Positions 21,296 through 26,256 of a stretch of 26,256 bases of DNA are shown piece by piece. The translations under genes were made by a program, and so were the position numbers. Where the stretch lies: the NCBI RefSeq assembly GCF_006345805.1, contig NW_021824311.1, positions 1 to 26,256 of the forward strand, read 5' to 3'. This DNA is from Octopus sinensis (Eukaryota). Position 1 is the stretch's first letter. Each line of letters opens with the position of its first letter. The notes beneath the pieces are model-generated. The model did not search any database. It was given only the letters and a program-made list of their open reading frames with translations, and had not been told where the DNA came from.

Positions 21296-22421
21296 TATGA
21301 ATTAACCCCGAAATTGGGACCAATACGGTAATAACGGATTTTTAGAAATTTCTATCGGTTTGTTTCGAGACGCATAAATTATAATGGTTATTGACAATTT
21401 TTCTTTTGCCCTCATTTTGTAAATTATTTATAAATATAACCTTTAAAGGTATTTTTTGATATGCTGGCCATTGATAAAAAATTTTTTCCCGCAAAATTTT
21501 TTATCCTACATTAGTTATAAATTGAATAGTGTTCACTTCCGGATTCTCTCACTCTGTGAAAGTTTCTAGTTCGAATCACACGTGTCTCGAGATGAGCCAA
21601 AGATTTTCTATTTTGGATATATTTGGGGTACTTAGGTCTGCTCAGGACTTAGTGCTTGCTTTTTCCATGGGTATGAGTAAGTATTTCATTTATGTCTCAC
21701 GTATTTATCGCTGAAGAAGGGAAAATTCTTATGAATTAACCCCGAAATTGGGACGCCAATACGGTAATAACGGATTTTTAGAAATTTCTATCGGTTTGTT
21801 TCGAGACGCATAAATTATAATGGTTATTGACAATTTTTCTTTTGCCCTCATTTTGTAAATTATTTATAAATATAACCCTTTAAAGGTATTTTTTGATATG
21901 GCTGGCCATTGATAAAAAATTTTTTCCCGCAAAATTTTTTATCCTACATTAGTTATAAATTGAATAGTGTTCACTTCCGGATTCTCTCACTCTGTGAAAG
22001 TTTCTAGTTCGAATCACACGTGTCTCGAGATGAGCCAAATATTCTATTTTGGATATATTTGGGGTACTTAGGTCCTGCTCAGGACTTAGTGCTTGCTTTT
22101 TCCATGGGTATGAGTAAGTATTTCATTTAATGTCTCACGTATTTATCGCTGAAGAAGGGAGAAATTCTTATGAATTAACCCCGAACTTGGGACAATACCA
22201 GCGTAATAACGGATTTTTTAGAAATTTCTATCGGTTTGTTTCGAGACGTATAAATAATAATGGTTATTGATAATTTTTGTCTTTTTTTCAGCATATTGGC
22301 ATTAGAATTTTTCTTTTGCCCTCATTTGTAATTATTTATAAATTTAACCTTTAAGGTATTTTTTGATATGCTGGCCATTGCTAAAATTTTTTCGGGAAAA
22401 AAATTAATCCTACATTAGTTA
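21296..22421. repeat. Tandem array of ~435-bp units (about 2.6 copies) bounded by (TA)n
   Basis: TATGAATTAACCCCGAA starts at 21296, 21730 and 22169. Units 1 and 2 are nearly identical; unit 3 is partial with an extra ~35 nt. Confidence 0.92.
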
Positions 22422-22438
22422 TATATATATATATATAT

Positions 22439-22472
<34 letters not shown>

Positions 22473-22512
22473 ACATATATATATACATATATATATATAT
22501 TATATATATATA

Positions 22513-22559
<47 letters not shown>

Positions 22560-22590
22560 TATATATTATATATATATGTATGTATATATA
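22420..22590. repeat. (TA)n microsatellite
   Basis: Directly visible. Confidence 0.95.
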
Positions 22591-22636
22591 TTTGTTTTGC
22601 AAGGTTTCATGATGTGAAATCGTGTGTTGAAACAGA

Positions 22637-22875
22637 TGTTGTTGTATTTAGGAAAGGTCATTTTGCCAGTTTTAGCCAATAAAAACACACGCACTATATA
22701 TTTGGTGTTAATTTGCTTCATCTTTATGTATTTTTTACATTAATCTTAATCTTATTTCGGCCATTAAGATTAATGTAAAAAATAAATAAAGCTGAAGCAA
22801 ATTAACACCAAATATATAGTGCGTGTGTTTTTATTGGCTAAACTGGCAAAATGACCACACCTAAATACAACAACA
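22637..22875. repeat. Near-perfect palindrome (fold-back / MITE-like), ~113-bp arms, 12-nt loop
   Basis: 22637-22750 is the reverse complement of 22763-22875 with about 6 differences. The loop is CTTATTTCGGCC. Confidence 0.9.
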
Positions 22876-22897
22876 ACAACACACACACACACACATA

Positions 22898-23106
22898 TAT
22901 ATGTTTGTGTGTCTGTGTTTGTCCCCCCACCATCACTTGACAACAGATGTTGGTGTGTTTAAAGTCCCCGTAACTTAGCGGTTCAGCAAAAGACACCGAT
23001 AAAATAAGTACTAAGCTTACAAAGAATAAGTTCTGGGCTCGATTTCTTCGGCTAAAGGCGGTGCTCCAGCATGACCGCAGACAAATGACTGAAACAAATA
23101 TAAGAG
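22898..23106 (+). mobile_element. 3' half of family B SINE
   Basis: TTTGTCCCCCCACCATCACTTGACAAC…TCCCCGTAACTTAGCGGTTC…AAGGCGGTGCTCCAGCATGACCGCAG…TGACTGAAAC parallels 23310-23512. Confidence 0.85.
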
Positions 23107-23127
23107 TGAAAGCGAATACGTATATAT

Positions 23128-23514
23128 TGGGTGGTAAGTAGCTTGCTAATCAACCACATGGTTCCGCGTTCAGTCCCACTGCGTGGTATCTTGGGCAAGT
23201 GTCTTCTGCTCTAGCCGCGGGCCGAGCAATGCCTTGTGAGTGGATTTGGTAGACGGAAACTGAAAGAAGCCTGTCGCATATATGTATATATATATATGTA
23301 TGTGTGTGTGTTTGTCCCCTTAGCATTGCTTGACAACCGATGCTGGTGTGTTTACGTCCCCGTCAATTAGCGGTTCGGCAAAAAGAGAGCGATAGAATAA
23401 GTACTGGGCTTACGAAAAGAATAAGTCCCGGGGTCGAGTTGCTCGACTAAAGGCGGTGCTCCAGCATGGCCGCAGTCAAATGACTGAAACAAGTAAAAGA
23501 GTAAAGTAAAAGAG
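23128..23514 (+). mobile_element. Nearly full-length family B SINE (tRNA-derived, CORE-like segment, internal TA/TG microsatellite)
   Basis: Head GGTGGTAAGTAGCTTGC…GTTCAGTCCC (A/B-box-like), CORE-like TCTTGGGCAAGTGTCTT, internal (TA)/(TG) run, and 3' tail GGCGGTGCTCCAGCATGGCCGCAG…TGACTGAAACAAGTAAAAGAG. Confidence 0.88.
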
Positions 23515-23714
23515 TATATAATATAATATAATATGTACTGTATTATGTATAATGTACGTATGTATGAATAACGTTGTTTCTTTGTGTGCTTTTGTGATAT
23601 TACGAAATCCTATTCTCCCAAAATTTAAAATGTCTTCTTGTCAAATACTCCTTATTTCCCGCGGCGCTTCCCGTTTTAATTTATTCCACTAATCAAGTTG
23701 TGGCTGTATCAACC

Positions 23715-23765
23715 GCATATACATCTGTGCATATATATATAGATAATATATATATTATATGTATG

Positions 23766-23803
<38 letters not shown>

Positions 23804-23813
23804 TATATAATAG

Positions 23814-23844
<31 letters not shown>

Positions 23845-24045
23845 TGTATATATATATATATATTATATATATATATATCTGTGCATATATACATACATAC
23901 TTATATACATACACACACACACATATATATATGTATATACATACACCAACACACACACACACACCATATATATATATATATAATATAAATATAATATAAT
24001 ATATATATATATATATAAATATATATATATATAAATATTATATAT

Positions 24046-24092
<47 letters not shown>

Positions 24093-24200
24093 CTATATAT
24101 ATATATAATATGTGTATGTATATAAGTATGTATGTATATATGCACAGATTTATCTATATATATATATATATATATTATATATATTATATATATGTATGCA
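23715..24200. repeat. Long (TA)n microsatellite with (CA)n inserts
   Basis: Directly visible. Confidence 0.95.
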
Positions 24201-24309
24201 TATAATATAACGTATTCAATGGACCACGCCGTCATTGCATTCTTAGACTGAAGTCTTTCTTTATGCTTTTGAAAAATTTACATTATTGTTGCTGTAGCTA
24301 TAGAATAAT

Positions 24310-24370
24310 AAAAATAATAATGATAATAATAATAATAATAACAATAATAATCATAATAATAATAATGATG

Positions 24371-24416
<46 letters not shown>

Positions 24417-24418
24417 TG

Positions 24419-24452
<34 letters not shown>

Positions 24453-24454
24453 TG

Positions 24455-24486
<32 letters not shown>

Positions 24487-24722
24487 TATTATTATTTTTA
24501 CTTACATTGCTGATGTTCTCAAACTTGTCGTTGTCATGATCTCCATCTTCCCCCTCCTCCTCTGCATTCTCTTCATTTTCTTTCTCCTCTTCCTCCTCTT
24601 TCTCCACTTCCTCCTCCTCCTCGTCATAGCCACTACTACCACTACTATTGCTGTTATCGTTGTCATTATTTACATTATTGTTGTTGCTGTTGTTTTTGTT
24701 GTTGCTGTTATTATTATTATCA

Positions 24723-24771
<49 letters not shown>

Positions 24772-24788
24772 CATCATCATCATCATCA

Positions 24789-24826
<38 letters not shown>
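24310..24826. repeat. (TAA)n tract and oppositely oriented (TTA)n tract separated by low-complexity trinucleotide sequence
   Basis: (TAA)n ~24310-24486; (TTA)n/(TCA)n ~24705-24826. Confidence 0.92.
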
Positions 24827-24982
24827 TCATTATTTGCTTATATGCACCCGGTTCAATTCTAAGATTTCCATCTATCTCAACAATAACCACTTCATCCAGT
24901 TCTTTCTGGTTCCATCACAAATTGTAGCCATATTATTCCTCCTCTGCTTCGTCCCCTTCTCCTCATCCCCATCCTCCAATTT

Positions 24983-25100
24983 CTTCTTCTTCTCCTTCTC
25001 TTTCTTCTTCTTCTTCTTCTTCTTCTTCTTTTTTTTTCTTTTCTTCTTCTTCTTCTTCTTCTTCTTCTTCTTCTTCTTCTTCTTCTTCTTCTCCTTCTTC
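24983..25100. repeat. (TTC)n microsatellite
   Basis: Directly visible. Confidence 0.95.
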
Positions 25101-25440
25101 TCCATCTTTGTCTGCACTTTCATTATCGCGTACTTGAAATTCTCAACGAAATACTCAGGAATTTCAATTTCTTTAGATTCAAATATTGAAGTTAAAAAAT
25201 ATCATAGTCTATTTTTCCATTTGTTTTCCAAAATTTTTGTTCTTCACTCAATTCCCATCGGATATTTCCCGCAATATTATCGTAACACCATTCACTTCTC
25301 AATTCACTTCTCTACAATCTTTATACCAAATTTATTACAGCCTCTCATTTCTCACCATGTATTATACCTAAAGGCGATTCAATAGCTATTGTTGTTGTCG
25401 TTGTGGCTTTCATTCATTTCCAGATTAACATTGATCTACC

Positions 25441-25790
25441 TATTTCTTTACTACCCCCAAGGGGTTACACACAGAGGGGACAGACAAACGGATTAAGTCG
25501 ATTATATCTATTTCTTTACTACCCACAAGGGGCTAAACATAGAGGGGACAAACAAGGAAAGACATAGGTATTAAGTCGATTACATCGACCCCAGTGCGTA
25601 ACTCGTACTTATTTAATCTACCCCGAAAGGAAGAAAGGCAAAGTCGATCTCGGCGGAATTTGAACTCAGAACGTAAAGACAGACGAAATACCTATTTCTT
25701 TACTACCCAGAAGGGGCTAAACACAGAGGGGACAAACAAACGGATTAAGTCGATTATATCGACCCCAGTGCGTAACTGGTACAATTTATC
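25441..25790 (-). mobile_element. Family A SINE multimer (184-bp unit type): partial + full + internally deleted units
   Basis: The reverse complement contains the same tail and the same AAAGAAATA|GGTATTTCGTC junction (plus strand GACGAAATACCTATTTCTTT, ~25684-25703) as 4248-4984. Confidence 0.9.
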
Positions 25791-26135
25791 GATTCTAATT
25801 TAATCGCCTTTTGCATGGTGAACACGTATTTATTGTTAACGATTATTCTCGTCAGTGTCCGCTTAAATTGTTTGCTAATCTGTGAGAAAACGAGTTCAGC
25901 TCCCTTTAATCGGGGCCTCCCCAGGAAATCTATTGAGGTTGACTGCACAGGTCACAAAATTTGTGGTCTGTATAGCCAACCACTTGGGGTTGTAGATAGC
26001 ATGCCTCGTCCCTGTCTACTGGCTTACGAAATCTCGATAGGGTTTGGATGATTCGAGGATGTTCGCCATTTTTTACTATTTGCTATAGACTCATCCTTTC
26101 CTTGTGTCAGGAATAGCCAAGTGAAAATCACGATC
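25788..26135 (-). pseudogene. Decayed Tx1-like ORF2 fragment (end of APE domain and linker)
   Basis: Minus-strand pieces …PVDRDEACYLQPQVVGYTDHK…VTCAVNLNR… and KRTLTRIIVNNKYVFTMQKAIKLESI align with TADRDSVGCPQFKIVSYTDHKFVTCTLDLDK and KRALTGAVVNNRWWYALKMAIKSESI of the intact element's ORF2. Confidence 0.75.
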
Positions 26136-26141
26136 TATGAT

Positions 26142-26256
26142 AGGAGGAGCTGTGTGGTAAGAAGCTTATTTCCCAACCACATGGTTCTGGGTTCAGTCCC
26201 GCTGCGTGGCGCCTTGAGCAAGTGTCTTCTACTATAGCGTCGGGCCGACCAAAGCA
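26142..26256 (+). mobile_element. 5' part of family B SINE (runs off the window)
   Basis: GGAGCTGTGTGGTAAGAAGCTT…GGGTTCAGTCCC…CCTTGAGCAAGTGTCTTCTACTATAGC matches 23128-23240. Confidence 0.88.

Noticed and set aside
24310-24826. Oppositely oriented (TAA)n/(TTA)n tracts forming a large apparent inverted repeat
   Set aside because: Expected by chance given how common this repeat is on both strands; the intervening sequence is not palindromic.
25100-25400. AT-rich segment with a protein-like minus-strand translation (ILENKWKNRL*YFLTSIFESKEIEIPEYF)
   Set aside because: It has in-frame stops and no recognisable motif, and it does not match the expected Tx1 ORF2 continuation.

Overview
Repeat-saturated, AT-rich eukaryotic genomic DNA. 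The SINE families and microsatellite density look like an octopus/cephalopod genome; this is inference from recalled repeat families, not a database result. No host protein-coding gene is convincingly present. The main element is an apparently full-length (~5.9 kb) Tx1/L1-clade non-LTR retrotransposon at 13997-19874 (+): ORF1 with a CCHC knuckle, ORF2 with APE endonuclease, RT and CCHC, broken only by small frameshifts. It sits inside a (TATC)n microsatellite and is followed by a second, diverged, 5'-truncated relative that is also flanked by (TATC)n. A third, decayed Tx1 ORF2 piece lies near the right end. Other LINE pieces are an R4/Dong-like RLE element and a 3'-UTR-only relative, both within (TAA)n tracts, plus CR1/L2-type and RTE-type 3' ends. 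tRNA-derived SINEs of three families are present. Family A occurs as 184-bp tandem multimers whose 3' tail matches the Tx1 3' end, and family B shares its tail with the CR1-type LINE. Also present: an inverted pair of Penelope-like repeats with hammerhead-like cores, a ~240-bp near-perfect palindrome, a ~435-bp tandem array and many microsatellites. The best candidate for an undescribed system is a (TATC)n/(GATA)n-targeting Tx1 LINE together with a dependent, multimer-forming SINE. All alignments and counts were done by eye.
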